From an uncultured Gemmatimonadales bacterium (GTDB taxonomy: Bacteria; Gemmatimonadota; Gemmatimonadetes; Longimicrobiales; RSA9): DNA of 64,000 nucleotides. The stretch is from positions 608,001 through 672,000 of the forward strand of contig CAWCRS010000005.1 of the NCBI GenBank assembly GCA_963798085.1, read 5' to 3'. The notes below the pieces were generated by a model. The model saw nothing but the letters and a program-made list of their open reading frames with translations. It was not told the DNA's origin and did not search any database. Shown piece by piece: positions 47,759 through 58,103 of this stretch. The translations under genes were made by a program, and so were the position numbers. Positions within the stretch are counted from its first letter, which is position 1, and the number at the start of each line of letters is the position of its first letter.

Positions 47759-48259
47759 TCAGCCGGACCCTCGATCGTAGAACGCCGTCGTGTCACTGAT
47801 CATGAGCGGCCAGACCTGGCGCTCCGTGAATTCCGCGTAGCGAATGTACTTCGAGGTCTCGCCGCCGATCTCGTGGTACAGCGTGGCCAGCTCGATCACG
47901 AGCTCCGGGTCCAGCACATCGCCTGCACCGCTCTGCATGGCGGCCTCCCACACTTCGGTGGGCGCGCCCTCCGCGCCCGACACGCGCAGCACGAACGGCG
48001 CCGGCCGCTTGCCCGCCGCGACCGCCTGGCGGAAGGCGTCCAGGCCGCCCTGGATGCCCTTGACGTACTCGACGCTCGCCGCACTGAAATGCGTGAGATC
48101 GCGGTACAGTGCGGAGGCCAGCTGATCCGCGCGCTGCAGCGCTTCACGCCCGTCCCGGTAGTTGTCCACCACGAACGCGGCCGACACGCCCACGAACACC
48201 ACCGCCAGCTCGGCAATGATGCGAAGGAAATACGACCCGCGCTCGCGACTGTCTTCCAT
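47759..48259 (-). CDS. Hypothetical membrane-anchored protein, possibly 3'-truncated
   Basis: ELAVVFVGVSAAFVVDNYR TM anchor followed by helical region; AGGGAG RBS. Confidence 0.7.
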   Translation of the reverse strand: MEDSRERGSYFLRIIAELAVVFVGVSAAFVVDNYRDGREALQRADQLASALYRDLTHFSAASVEYVKGIQGGLDAFRQAVAAGKRPAPFVLRVSGAEGAPTEVWEAAMQSGAGDVLDPELVIELATLYHEIGGETSKYIRYAEFTERQVWPLMISDTTAFYDRGSG

Positions 48260-48387
48260 GGGGCTCCCTGCACGCAACGTCGCGGAGATCAGCCTGGCAT
48301 TGAGGGCGGGAATAGGTGCCCTGCGCGGATGGCAGGGAGTGGGGAGCGAGGTGGGCCCGGTCGCGCTGCCGGACCCACCCGCACGGC

Positions 48388-49542
48388 TCACCAGGCGGCC
48401 AGGCCGACCGCGGCGGCGGGCAGGCCGGTGACGCCGGTCAGCGGCGTGAGGCTGCCGTTCGCTTCGACCGTGAACGCGTCAATGGCGTGCGCGCTCGAGT
48501 TCAGCACATACAGGAACTCGCCGCCTGCCACGCTGAGCGCGGCGTCAATGGGTGTGCCGCTGTCATTGGCGGTTACGCCATTGGCGTTGAGCAGCGTCAA
48601 CTCGGTGTTGGGGCCGAGCGCGTAACCGGTGGTGGTATTGCTGCCGGTGTTGGTGGTGTAGGCGAAGCGCCGGTCGCGCGTGATCACCACCCAGCAGGGC
48701 GCCGCCTGGAAGTTGGCAACCTGGCTGGACACTACGCTGGCAATGCCGTTCTTGTCGATGGAGTACGACGTCAGCGAGCCGGCGCCCGGCGCACCGCCCA
48801 CTGCATTGGAAACTACCATGTGGCCGCGGTGATCCACCATGAAGCCGAACGGCGTCGTGCCATCCGAAGCATTGAGCACGCCCGGCGCCAGGGCGCCCGT
48901 GTTATCGACGCGGTAGGTGACGATGCGGTTGGCCGCCTTCTCCGTTACCGCTACGATGCGGTCGCGCACGAACGACACCTGGGCCGGTCCTGCCATGCCC
49001 GGTCCCAGCGACTGCGGCGAGCCCGACGGGATCAGATCCCCCTGCGCCGTGAGCTGGAAACCAGCCACGTTGCCGCCATCCGTCCCCTGATTCACCACCG
49101 CTACCAGCTGGCCCGATGGCGTGCCCGTGCTGGTTACGCTGATGGGAATGCGGCCGCGCGTCGGCTCCGTGTCGGTGAGCGTGAGCGAGCCGTCCGTGGC
49201 GCGCGCGAAAACGGACACCGTGTTGCTGCCCGCATTCACCGCAAACAGCCAGTTGCCATCCCCGCTCAGCGTCACAGCGCCCTGGCTGCCGAGTCCGGCG
49301 CCCGTGCCATTGCCGTTCGTCGCCACCATGCCGGTCATGCTGAGAGCGCCGCCCGCATCGCGCGCGAAGATCAGCACCGCGTTGCCTGACGCGGCATTGC
49401 TCTCCGTGTACACGTTGCCTTCAGCAGCCGCCGAGATCTCGCTGAACTGCGGCCGTTGACCGGACGGTGCCCCGGTCGGATCCTGGGTGCACGCCGCCAG
49501 CCCCGCCGCGGCCAGCAGCATCAGTGTTCCGTACTTCCTCAT
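48388..49542 (-). CDS. Lactonase-family (6-phosphogluconolactonase-like) beta-propeller lipoprotein
   Basis: LAAC lipobox; VYTESNA, GLGSQG, LFAVNAGSNTVSVF and APCWVV. Confidence 0.85.
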   Translation of the reverse strand: MRKYGTLMLLAAAGLAACTQDPTGAPSGQRPQFSEISAAAEGNVYTESNAASGNAVLIFARDAGGALSMTGMVATNGNGTGAGLGSQGAVTLSGDGNWLFAVNAGSNTVSVFARATDGSLTLTDTEPTRGRIPISVTSTGTPSGQLVAVVNQGTDGGNVAGFQLTAQGDLIPSGSPQSLGPGMAGPAQVSFVRDRIVAVTEKAANRIVTYRVDNTGALAPGVLNASDGTTPFGFMVDHRGHMVVSNAVGGAPGAGSLTSYSIDKNGIASVVSSQVANFQAAPCWVVITRDRRFAYTTNTGSNTTTGYALGPNTELTLLNANGVTANDSGTPIDAALSVAGGEFLYVLNSSAHAIDAFTVEANGSLTPLTGVTGLPAAAVGLAAW

Positions 49543-49833
49543 GCAACCTCCAGGGAAAATGTTTCAGGGGTGTGTTCCGGAGCAGTTGCACTCAGGCAAG
49601 CGCAGGACCGCGCCCGGCGCCGCGCCGCACGAATGCGCCAAGCCCCGACGAAAGCAGTAGTTGTCACGCGTACGCGGCGGCGCGTGCGTCACGCCGTGCG
49701 CGTTTCACGAAACACTGCGCATCCCGCCGGGACGTTCCGTTGATCCCGCGCGAGCGCGCCACGGCAACACGAGGACCGGGATGTGGCGCACGTGGGCCTG
49801 GACACCGCGGGTCCGAACCGTGCCTGAAGGCCA

Positions 49834-49893
49834 CACCTAAGAATTTCGTTGACAGCCGCGGGCGGCCGCATTATCGTCACCTAACCTTTTAGG
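49834..49893 (+). promoter_or_regulatory. Promoter and BlaI-type operator
   Basis: TTGACA-17nt-TATCGT; inverted repeat CCTAA-cctt-TTAGG (49880-49893) overlapping the RBS; second CACCTAA half-site at 49834. Confidence 0.7.
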
Positions 49894-49900
49894 AGCGGCC

Positions 49901-50278
49901 ATGCGCATCAGCTTCACGGAACGCGAACTCGACATCATGGCGGTGCTCTGGGAGCACGGGCCATCAACGGCGGCGCAGGTGCGCGAGCAGCTGGCCGACG
50001 CGCTCGCCTATAACACTGTGTTGACGATGCTGGGCATTCTGGAGGAGAAGGGTTACGTGACGCACGAGGAGGTGGGCCGCACGCACCGCTTCCATCCGCT
50101 GGTGGCGAGGGAGGCGGCGGGCGCCAGTGCCATCCGGCGTCTGGTGGACACGGTGTTCGGCGGTTCCGAAGAGCTGCTGCTCTCGCATCTCGTGCATGAT
50201 CAGAAGCTGAGCCGCCGCAAACTGGAGCGCCTGCGCCAGCTGCTGGATGCCCATCTCGAGCGCGGGACGTCGCGATGA
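49901..50278 (+). CDS. BlaI/MecI/CopY-family repressor
   Basis: RELDIMAVLW, LAYNTVLTML.ILEEKG and LVDTVFGGS. Confidence 0.93.
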   Translation: MRISFTERELDIMAVLWEHGPSTAAQVREQLADALAYNTVLTMLGILEEKGYVTHEEVGRTHRFHPLVAREAAGASAIRRLVDTVFGGSEELLLSHLVHDQKLSRRKLERLRQLLDAHLERGTSR

Positions 50279-51984
50279 TGGCCGCGTGGCTGCTGTACAG
50301 TGTGGCGGTCGCCGGATTACTCGGACTGTCGGCGACGCTGCTCGAGCGGCTCCTGCGCGCGCTGCGCCAGCCGGCACGTTTCGTCTGGCTGCTCGCGTGC
50401 GTGGCGACCCTGCTGCTGACGTTCAGCGTGGTGCGTCCGGCGAGCGATGCGTACGGGGATGCCGCAGATGTGACGGCGGCCGGTCGGGCGGTGTCGTCGC
50501 GCGGGGCGGCGGTGCCGCAGTCGCGGCCGGCGTGGGCGCCTCACCGCGCCGCCGACTTTACCGCATTGGCCAGGCGTTTCGACGACGCGCTGGCAGTCCT
50601 GTGGCTGGCCGGCACCAGCATAGCGCTGACAGTGCTGTTCGCATCGCTGCTGCGCCTGCGGCGCCGGCGGGCCGGCTGGCTGCCGCGCACGGTGCAGGGC
50701 ACGCCCGTGCTGCTGACCGATGGCATGGGACCCGCCGTGGTGGGCGTCCTGCGGGGGGTGATTGCCCTGCCGGCGTGTCTGCTCGCGCTGCCGGCGGAGC
50801 AGCAGTCGCTGATCCTGGAGCATGAGCGGCAGCACGTGCAGGCGAGGGATCCGCTGGTGCTGTTCGTCGCGTTGCTCTGCGCCGCGCTGCTGCCCTGGAA
50901 CGCGGCGCTCTGGGCGCTCGTGCTGCGCCTGCGTCGCGCTACCGAAATGGACTGCGACCGCCGCGTGCTGCGCGCGCGGCCCGGCGCCTGCGACTACGCG
51001 GAGCTGCTGATCGAGATGGGCGCGCGCGCGGTGGAGCGGCCGCTTCCCGCGGCGGTGCTCTCGCACTCGGCCTCGGACCTGGAGCGCCGTGTCAGTGCGA
51101 TTCTGCGACCGCCCGTGTCGGCGAGCGCGCTGGGTGCCCAGGGCTACGCTGCGGTTGCCGCCGTGCTGGTGCTCACTGCCCTGATCGCGCCTCGCCCGCG
51201 CGTGCCCGTCACGCTGCGCGTATCGGCCCTGACCGGCAGACTGCCCGCCGTGCCGACCGCAGCTGCGACTCCGAACATGCCACCCTTCGGCGCGGTGCAG
51301 GATACGGCCGCGCTGCGGCATGCGCTGGAGCGGCTGCGCGCCGCCCAAACAGCGCGTTTGGAAGCGCTGCGGCAGCTGCAGCAGAGATTGCGCACCGGCC
51401 GCATGCCCGCCCCGCCCGCAACGGGCGCAGGCGCATCGAGCGGAGCCGGTGCATCGAGCGGCGGTGGTGTGTCGAACGGGGCCGGCGCAGCGAGCGGCGG
51501 TGGTGTGTCGAGCGGCGGCCGTGCGTCGGCTGGGGGCGCGGGCGCGCGGTTCATCAGTGGTGGCGGTGCCGGCGCGCCCGCACCGCCCCGTCTGGGCGCC
51601 AGCGCGGGCGCTGCCACCGGTGTGGGTGCCGGGTTTACGCCGGCCGGCAACCGCACGGCAGCCGGCGGCAGGGATGTCCTGGTCACCAGTGATTCCATGA
51701 TCGTGCTCGCCGTGCACTACTACCCTGAAATCTTCTACGGTCCGGCGCGTGCGGACACCATGGTCGTGGCGTTCGCGGTCGATCGCGCCGGCGAGGTGCG
51801 CGAGAAGGCGGCGCTGCCGCTCACCGCTACGATGCATCGTGACCAGCGACTGCTGCTGGATCTGTTTCCGGACCTGGCGCAGCAGCGTTTGCGCGGCATG
51901 GGCACGAGTCTCGGCACGGTTACCCCGCGCGGCTCGCCCGGCCGCGTCGTGCTCCTGATCTTCGGCATCTACGAACGGACGTAG
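50275..51984 (+). CDS. M56 (BlaR1-like) membrane peptidase/sensor with Gly-rich linker
   Basis: GPAVVG, ILEHERQH..RDP, PWN and EMDCDRRVL; ATGA overlap with blaI-like gene. Confidence 0.9.
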   Translation: MMAAWLLYSVAVAGLLGLSATLLERLLRALRQPARFVWLLACVATLLLTFSVVRPASDAYGDAADVTAAGRAVSSRGAAVPQSRPAWAPHRAADFTALARRFDDALAVLWLAGTSIALTVLFASLLRLRRRRAGWLPRTVQGTPVLLTDGMGPAVVGVLRGVIALPACLLALPAEQQSLILEHERQHVQARDPLVLFVALLCAALLPWNAALWALVLRLRRATEMDCDRRVLRARPGACDYAELLIEMGARAVERPLPAAVLSHSASDLERRVSAILRPPVSASALGAQGYAAVAAVLVLTALIAPRPRVPVTLRVSALTGRLPAVPTAAATPNMPPFGAVQDTAALRHALERLRAAQTARLEALRQLQQRLRTGRMPAPPATGAGASSGAGASSGGGVSNGAGAASGGGVSSGGRASAGGAGARFISGGGAGAPAPPRLGASAGAATGVGAGFTPAGNRTAAGGRDVLVTSDSMIVLAVHYYPEIFYGPARADTMVVAFAVDRAGEVREKAALPLTATMHRDQRLLLDLFPDLAQQRLRGMGTSLGTVTPRGSPGRVVLLIFGIYERT

Positions 51985-52067
51985 CCCGACCGACCCGCAG
52001 CCAACACCACGTTAACGGAGCGCCCTCCACCCGGGGTGCGCCCGCGAACCTGATCCCGGGGGATGTC

Positions 52068-53555
52068 ATGTCACACGCGGTTCTCTGCACTGCTCCAGCG
52101 CACTGCCATGTTTTGCCCGTGAGCCATGCGGTGGGCGCCGTGGCAGCCGGTTCCGCGCGCCGCGCGCCGTTCGCGGTACGCGTGGCGCGCGCAATTCGTC
52201 TGCACGGCGTGCTCGCTCTGCTGCTGGCGGCCGGCGCGCTCCCGGTCGAAGGCGACAGCCTGCTTGCCAGTCGGGCTGGTCTGCTGGTGCGCCGGCCCCA
52301 GCGACAGGACACCACCGTGCGCCAGGCGAACGAGCCTCGGCATCGCGGCGTGGCCGGTCTGCGGCCGGAGCTGACAATCGGCGTGGCGGAGGGTCCGCCG
52401 GAGTACACGTTCGCCACCATCAGCAATGTGGCGGTGACAAGCGACGGCTCGGTGCTGGTGCTGGAGGCGCCGTCGCCGGGCACGCCTTCGCTGCGCCAGT
52501 ACGACGCCAGCGGCCACTTCATCCGGCGCATTGGCGGGCGAGGCGAGGGGCCGGGCGAGTATCGCGGACCGGGCGGCATCGCGGTGCTGCCCGATGGCCG
52601 CATTCTGCTGGCGGACGGGCCTGCGCATCGCATCAACGTGTACTCACCCGCCGGCGAGCCCGTGGACACGTGGGTATTGAGCGTGCCCGTGAGCACCGGC
52701 GGGAACGGCGGCCTGCGCGTCGAGTCGTCGGGCAGCGTCGTCCTGCGAACATCGCTGTTCGACCGCAACGCGCCACCCGCGCAACGCGTACGCCAGGTGC
52801 TGCTCCGCCTGCGCTCCGACGGCACGGTGCTGGACACGCTGTCGCTCACCGACATGCCCGAAGTGCGCAGCAGCGCGGTCACCAAGGTCAACGAAACCGG
52901 CTCGGGCACCAGCACAATGACGCTGAGCGTGCCCTACTCGCCGCGCGCGGTCTGGGCCTGGAGTCCGCTCGGTTACATGGTCACCGGTATAACAGGTCGT
53001 TATGCGGTGGACCTGCGCCTGCCTGCGAACGGCGGGGCGTGGCGCGCCGGCGATCCGGTACGGAGCCTGCGCCGCAGCATCGCGCCCGTGCCCGTGGGCC
53101 GTGACGAGCGGGCGGCGCAGCGCAAGCGCATCGAGGAGCAGCTCAGCAGGGCGCCGGGCCGGCAGACCGGATCGCTGGCGGACATACCCGAGACGAAGAC
53201 GCCATGGAAGGATGTGCGGATTGCCGACGACGGTCGCATCTGGGTGACTCTGTCGACACCATCGGAGAAGTTCGATCCGCAGCTGGATCCGGGCTCGTCC
53301 ACGGCGCCGCCGTCGATCGGCGTGGGCGTGTCCCGCGGCGGGGCGCCGGCTGGCGCCCCGCCCGGCTTCCAGCCGCTGCCCTGGCGTGAGCCCCAGCTCT
53401 ACGACGTGCTTGATCCCGACGGCACCTGGCTGGGTCAGGTGGCCGTGCCCTTCGACACCCGCCTCATCAGCATGAACGGCGACGTGGTGTGGGGCGTGGT
53501 GCGCGACAAGGACGATGTGCCCGTGCTGAAACGCTTCCGCATCGACTGGCACTGA
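52068..53555 (+). CDS. 6-bladed beta-propeller protein (start uncertain)
   Basis: IG..EGPPEY.F, GGRGEGPGEY and YDVLDPDG.WLG; C-terminal D.DDVPVLKRF. Confidence 0.8.
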   Translation: MSHAVLCTAPAHCHVLPVSHAVGAVAAGSARRAPFAVRVARAIRLHGVLALLLAAGALPVEGDSLLASRAGLLVRRPQRQDTTVRQANEPRHRGVAGLRPELTIGVAEGPPEYTFATISNVAVTSDGSVLVLEAPSPGTPSLRQYDASGHFIRRIGGRGEGPGEYRGPGGIAVLPDGRILLADGPAHRINVYSPAGEPVDTWVLSVPVSTGGNGGLRVESSGSVVLRTSLFDRNAPPAQRVRQVLLRLRSDGTVLDTLSLTDMPEVRSSAVTKVNETGSGTSTMTLSVPYSPRAVWAWSPLGYMVTGITGRYAVDLRLPANGGAWRAGDPVRSLRRSIAPVPVGRDERAAQRKRIEEQLSRAPGRQTGSLADIPETKTPWKDVRIADDGRIWVTLSTPSEKFDPQLDPGSSTAPPSIGVGVSRGGAPAGAPPGFQPLPWREPQLYDVLDPDGTWLGQVAVPFDTRLISMNGDVVWGVVRDKDDVPVLKRFRIDWH

Positions 53556-53665
53556 TGCGAAAGTGCGCGTGCGCAGCCGCCATGGCCGCGCACGCGCACG
53601 TTGCCCTGCCCCAAACAGCGTGTTACTGCCGCCGCATCAGAAGAACGAGAAGGGCGGCCGGTCCA

Positions 53666-56086
53666 TCATGCGATAGCCTTCGGCGGCTCCTCGTGCAGCA
53701 GGTTCCGCACGAAATAGTCCCACTGCTTGCGGATCGAGTAGTCGGGCAGGCCGTGGTTCGCATCCGGAATGACCACGAGATCGAAATCCTTGTTGGCCTT
53801 GATGAGCGCATCGACCACACGGAACGTGTTGGCCGGGTGCACGTTGTTGTCCATGTCCCCCGTCATCAGCAGCAGGTTGCCCTTGAGGTTCCCCGCCATG
53901 GTGTAGTTGGCAGAGGCCTCGTAGTTGTCTTTCCCGGTGCGCGGGTCCGTGGTGAGCAGGCCCTGGTACTTCTCGCCCCAGAAATAGCCATAGGTGCGAT
54001 TGTCGTGGTTGCCCGAGCCCGACACTGCGACCTTGAAGAAGTCGGGATAGCGGAGGATCGCGTCGGTCGAGGCGAAGCCGCCGCCGGAATGGCCGTAAAT
54101 GCCGACGCGGTCCATGTCGATCCAGCGGTAGTGCGCCGCCAGCTGCTGGATGCCCGCAATGTGATCGGGAATGCCGTTGTCGCCCATGTTGCCGTAATAG
54201 TAATCATGGAACGCCTTCGAGCGGCCCGGCGTGCCCATGTGATCGAGCTCGATGACGATGAAGCCCAGCTCGGCGAGCGCGCGCGGCTCGTTGCCGCGCG
54301 TTGAATGACCAGCTGCCCACGCTGCCGACCTGCGGGCCCGGATAGATGTGATCGAGGATCGGGTAGCTCTTCGTCGAATCGAAATCCGAAGGCTTGTACA
54401 TCAGCCCCCACAGATCGGTCACGCCGTCCCTCGCCTTGACCGTGAAGATCTCCGGCGGTGTCCAGCCGACGCGACTGGAGCAGCTCGATGTCGCCCCGCT
54501 CCAGCTCCATGATGACCTTGCCCGTATCGGCCGAGCGCAGCACGATAACAGGCGGTTTCGCCGCCGGCGCGTACGTGTCGATGAAGAAGTTCGACTTGGG
54601 GAAGAAGAACGTCTGGTGCGAGGCATCCTCCGGCGTGAGCGGCGTGAGACCGCTGCCGTCGAAGTTGATCGCGGTAGACGTGCGTGTAGTACGGCACGCC
54701 CGGCTCCTTGTCCATCGCCGAGAAGCAGATCTGTTTCGCGACACTGTCCACCTTGTCGATGCCGGTCACCGTGTAGGCGCCCGACTCCACCTGGTTCTTG
54801 AGCTTGCCATCGGCCGAGAAGCGATAGATGTGGGACCAGCCATCGCGCTCCGAAAGATAGAGCATGTCGTCGCCGCCGTTGACCACGCGGAAACCGCGCT
54901 GCTCCACCCACGTCGGGAAGGAGTCCTTCGTGATCATCGTCGTCTGGCCGGTCTTCGTGTCGATGGAGAAGAGCGGCATGCGCTTGTAGCCTCGCGACGA
55001 GCTCATCGCGAACAGGCGGTCCGCCGAGCGCGACCATTGTGCGCGGGCGAGAAGTTGATGATAGGTGACGCCGGCTGGTCCACCTTCACGGCGGCCTTGC
55101 CGATCACATCGAGCGCGTACATCGTCGAACTTCGGATACGCCGTGTCGCCCGGGGCTGCGTAGTAGTAGCTGTGGTCCACCGGATGCGTGCCGGTCGACG
55201 AGTACAGCGGATACTTGCGCACATGGCGGTAATCCAGCCGCTGCAGCACGAGCGGCGTGAGTCCGGAGACCAGGTCACGGGCGCGCGCTTCGGCTTGAAC
55301 GGCGTGGCCTCGGTCCCGCCGAACAGCGCGCCCAGGTCGTCGTCCCACGTCCCATTGCTCCTCGCCGTCCGTCGTGAGCCGCGTGGAGCCGCGCCGGCAG
55401 CGCGACCGAATCCTTGCTCGCGCCGGCCCCGCGGCTCTCGCTGTCCGCCGAGTCCTTTTTCGCGTGTCCTTCACGGCTGTCTCGCGGCGGTCAGCACCGA
55501 ATCGCGCTTCGCGATCGCTTCGTAGTCGGTCAGCTCGGCGGGCCGGACATACAGATCGCAGTCGTAGACGAACACATCCCACTTCCTGTCCGGCGAGCGT
55601 GCGCCCCAGTCGGGCCCGTTCTTCAGCGTCGCGATCCGTGCTCCAGACGATCGTGTCGACTGCTCTCGCACGCGTAAGTCGGTCGCGTTGCAGCGGAAGA
55701 CCTTTTTCCTGAGCTCGCGTCTCGATGGTCTGGCCCGTGTCCACCACCGTGAACGTCGGGAGCTTCGTCGGGTCGAGAATGGTGTCCGGCCGCGAGCGAC
55801 AGCGCCTCCGCGAGGCGAGCATTATCGAAGAGCGCCGCCGCGTGGCCCGTGCCGGGTCCACCACGTAAGTGACGCCGCGGTCATCGCGGCCCGACGAGAT
55901 GTACCAGAAGCGCAGGCTGTCTTCGAGGAACGTCGGACGGACGCTGGTACCGAATACGTAGCGCGCCGCCGTGCGAATGACATCAGCGCGATGGTAGTCC
56001 GGCGTTTGCGCCCGTGCGCCCGTCGCGGGCAGCAGCAGGACGGACAGCAGGCAGGCCGCTGAGCGGATCGGTGTGCAACGCTGCAT
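53666..56086 (-). pseudogene. S9B/DPP-IV-family dipeptidyl peptidase, multiply frameshifted
   Basis: Signal peptide at 56086; fragments RSPDRKW, SERDGW.HIY and IYPGPQ lie in different frames; intact C-terminal GHSGGG, D (DNNV) and H (NHG). Confidence 0.85.
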
Positions 56087-56405
56087 GGCAGTCTCCGATG
56101 GGATGGAGTGTTGTCGGGGGGAAGCAAAGCTGGAAGGAGCGAGCGCCGTTGTAAAGCCGGGCGTGAGGAAACACGGCCCGCCGTGGCAGTTCGCTCCATC
56201 CCTATGACACCAGGCGTCGGGCAGGCGTTGACTCCCTTTGGGCTGAACCGGGCCGCCGGCGGGTCCGAGCGTGACCTTCCAGTGTCGATGAAGCCGGCGT
56301 TCTGCAGTTCCACCGCGACGCGGATGATCTGTGTCGCGCCCCCGCTGGCGTCGGTGTCCACCCGCCCATCCAGTTTTTTCGCCCCTGCCCTGGGCACGCC
56401 GGAGC

Positions 56406-57950
56406 CTATCCGGTTCTTGCGTGGCGCCGCAGCACCGCCTTCGCGGCATTGCTGGCCTGCAGTTCTGTGTCCGCATCTGGCGGCGAAGCGCCTGCGTCCA
56501 GCAGCGCCTGCACGGTGGCTGCATAGTCGCCGGTCTCGCGGTGCCAGCCGTTCTCGGAGCCGTGCAGCGCCCAGCGCAGCGGACCGATGTGCCAGTCGTC
56601 GCTCGTGTCATTGAGCGGCGGATCGTGGCGCAGGATCTCACGCACCATCGCGACATTGCCGTGCCATGCGGCCCAGTGCAGCGGCGTGGCGTTGTGCTGG
56701 CCGCGGGCATCGGCGGGCCAGCCCGCGTCCAGCATCAGTCCGACGGCGCGCGTGTTGTTGCTTTGCGCCGCGTCGGTGACGTGTCTGCGGTCTGCCTCGT
56801 CCATGCTGCGCGCCAGGTCGGGCTGCGAGGCCAGCAGGCTGCGTGAACGGGCGTCCTCGCCCAGCTCGCAGGCGAGTGCGAACTGCAGCGCGTGCGGACT
56901 GCGCTCCATGAGCAGGCGGTACACGTCGTCGTGCCCGAAATCCCGCGCGATCGCGTGCGCCGTCTTGTGCCAGCCGAAAACCCAAATGTAGATGGTGCCG
57001 CCGCTGCGCGGGTCGCGCTTCGGGAACCAACGCTCCGAGACGGTCGTGCGGATGCAGAGGGGATCGCGATCGAGATGCCTGTGCACAAGGTCGACATCGC
57101 CCAGCGCCGCAGCCATGAGGATATCGGTACGGCAACCCTGGGCCACGAGGAAGCGCGCCACATCCTGACGGTCGCGCGCATAGTGATGCGGGTTGGTGAC
57201 GCGCAGCATGTACTGCGCGGGTGTGGATTCGTGATCGACGTCGAGCGCATCAATGTCGGCGCCGTGCTCGAGCAGAAAGCGCGCGACCTCGACGGTAGCC
57301 GCGAAATGCAGCGGCGTCTGACCGTCGCCGCCCCGGGCGTGCACGACCGCGGGAGCTTCCGCGACCCGCTGCTGCAGCCGCTCGAGCATCCCCAGCCGCG
57401 CGGCGACGTGCGCATCGATCACAGCGCCCCGCTCCACCAGCCAGGGAACCAGCTGCGGGTCGGCCACGTCGAGCAGGCCGAAGCCGCCGGCCCACCAGTC
57501 CGTGCGGCGATGGATGTCCGCACCCGCGCGCAGCAGGATTTCCATGACGGCGCGATCGCCGCGCTGCAGCGCGCCAAACAACGCGTTGCTGCCGAAGCCG
57601 TAGTCCGGCACGGGCTCGTTGATTCCCGCCCTGAGCGCGGGAAACTGCTCGAGCAGACGGGCCACCTGTGCGGCATCGCCCGCCAGCACCGCGGCGCGCA
57701 GCGCCACCGGCGCATCCAGCGACAGCGCGTCCACGTGCGCCTTGAGCGCGCTCCAGCTGGCGAAACCGTATTCACGCGCAAGGACCCGCTGTGCGTCGGC
57801 GAGTCGCGGGCGCGTCGTCGCCTGTAATGCGGTGTCAGTGGCCAGGCGGGTGCGCGCATCCGCTTCGCCGCGGCGATACGCACGCAGCAGCGCGCGCGCC
57901 TGTTTGCGCAGATGTTCGAGGCTGGGACGATCGGGCAGATGACGCGACAT
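56406..57950 (-). CDS. Ankyrin-repeat protein with N-terminal LPxRPxLExLRKQA / AREYGFASW helical domain
   Basis: GQTPLHFA and ATPLHWAAWHG ankyrin repeats; strong AGAAGGAGG RBS. Confidence 0.92.
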   Translation of the reverse strand: MSRHLPDRPSLEHLRKQARALLRAYRRGEADARTRLATDTALQATTRPRLADAQRVLAREYGFASWSALKAHVDALSLDAPVALRAAVLAGDAAQVARLLEQFPALRAGINEPVPDYGFGSNALFGALQRGDRAVMEILLRAGADIHRRTDWWAGGFGLLDVADPQLVPWLVERGAVIDAHVAARLGMLERLQQRVAEAPAVVHARGGDGQTPLHFAATVEVARFLLEHGADIDALDVDHESTPAQYMLRVTNPHHYARDRQDVARFLVAQGCRTDILMAAALGDVDLVHRHLDRDPLCIRTTVSERWFPKRDPRSGGTIYIWVFGWHKTAHAIARDFGHDDVYRLLMERSPHALQFALACELGEDARSRSLLASQPDLARSMDEADRRHVTDAAQSNNTRAVGLMLDAGWPADARGQHNATPLHWAAWHGNVAMVREILRHDPPLNDTSDDWHIGPLRWALHGSENGWHRETGDYAATVQALLDAGASPPDADTELQASNAAKAVLRRHARTG

Positions 57951-58072
57951 CAGGCCTCCTTCTTGTGCGCCCGTTTGTCCGCTGGTTCGGGCAGAAGTGA
58001 GGTCGATGCTCGCTGCGTCAGACGACAGGTGGGATGATCCCTTCCCGCGGACGGGTTGCAACCTGGCTTGCA
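57951..58072 (-). ncRNA. Candidate structured cis-regulatory 5' leader of the ankyrin gene
   Basis: Long-range pairing 58047-58055 with 57970-57982 competes with an anti-SD hairpin pairing 57988-58002 with 57955-57973; putative TTGACG-17nt-GAGATT promoter just upstream. Confidence 0.5.
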
Positions 58073-58103
58073 ACGTGCAATCTCGTAAGCACGCCTCGTT
58101 CCG

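Noticed and set aside
51420..51540. Short tandem repeats as a CRISPR-like array
   Set aside because: They are in-frame Gly/Ser coding repeats without unique spacers, and there are no cas genes.
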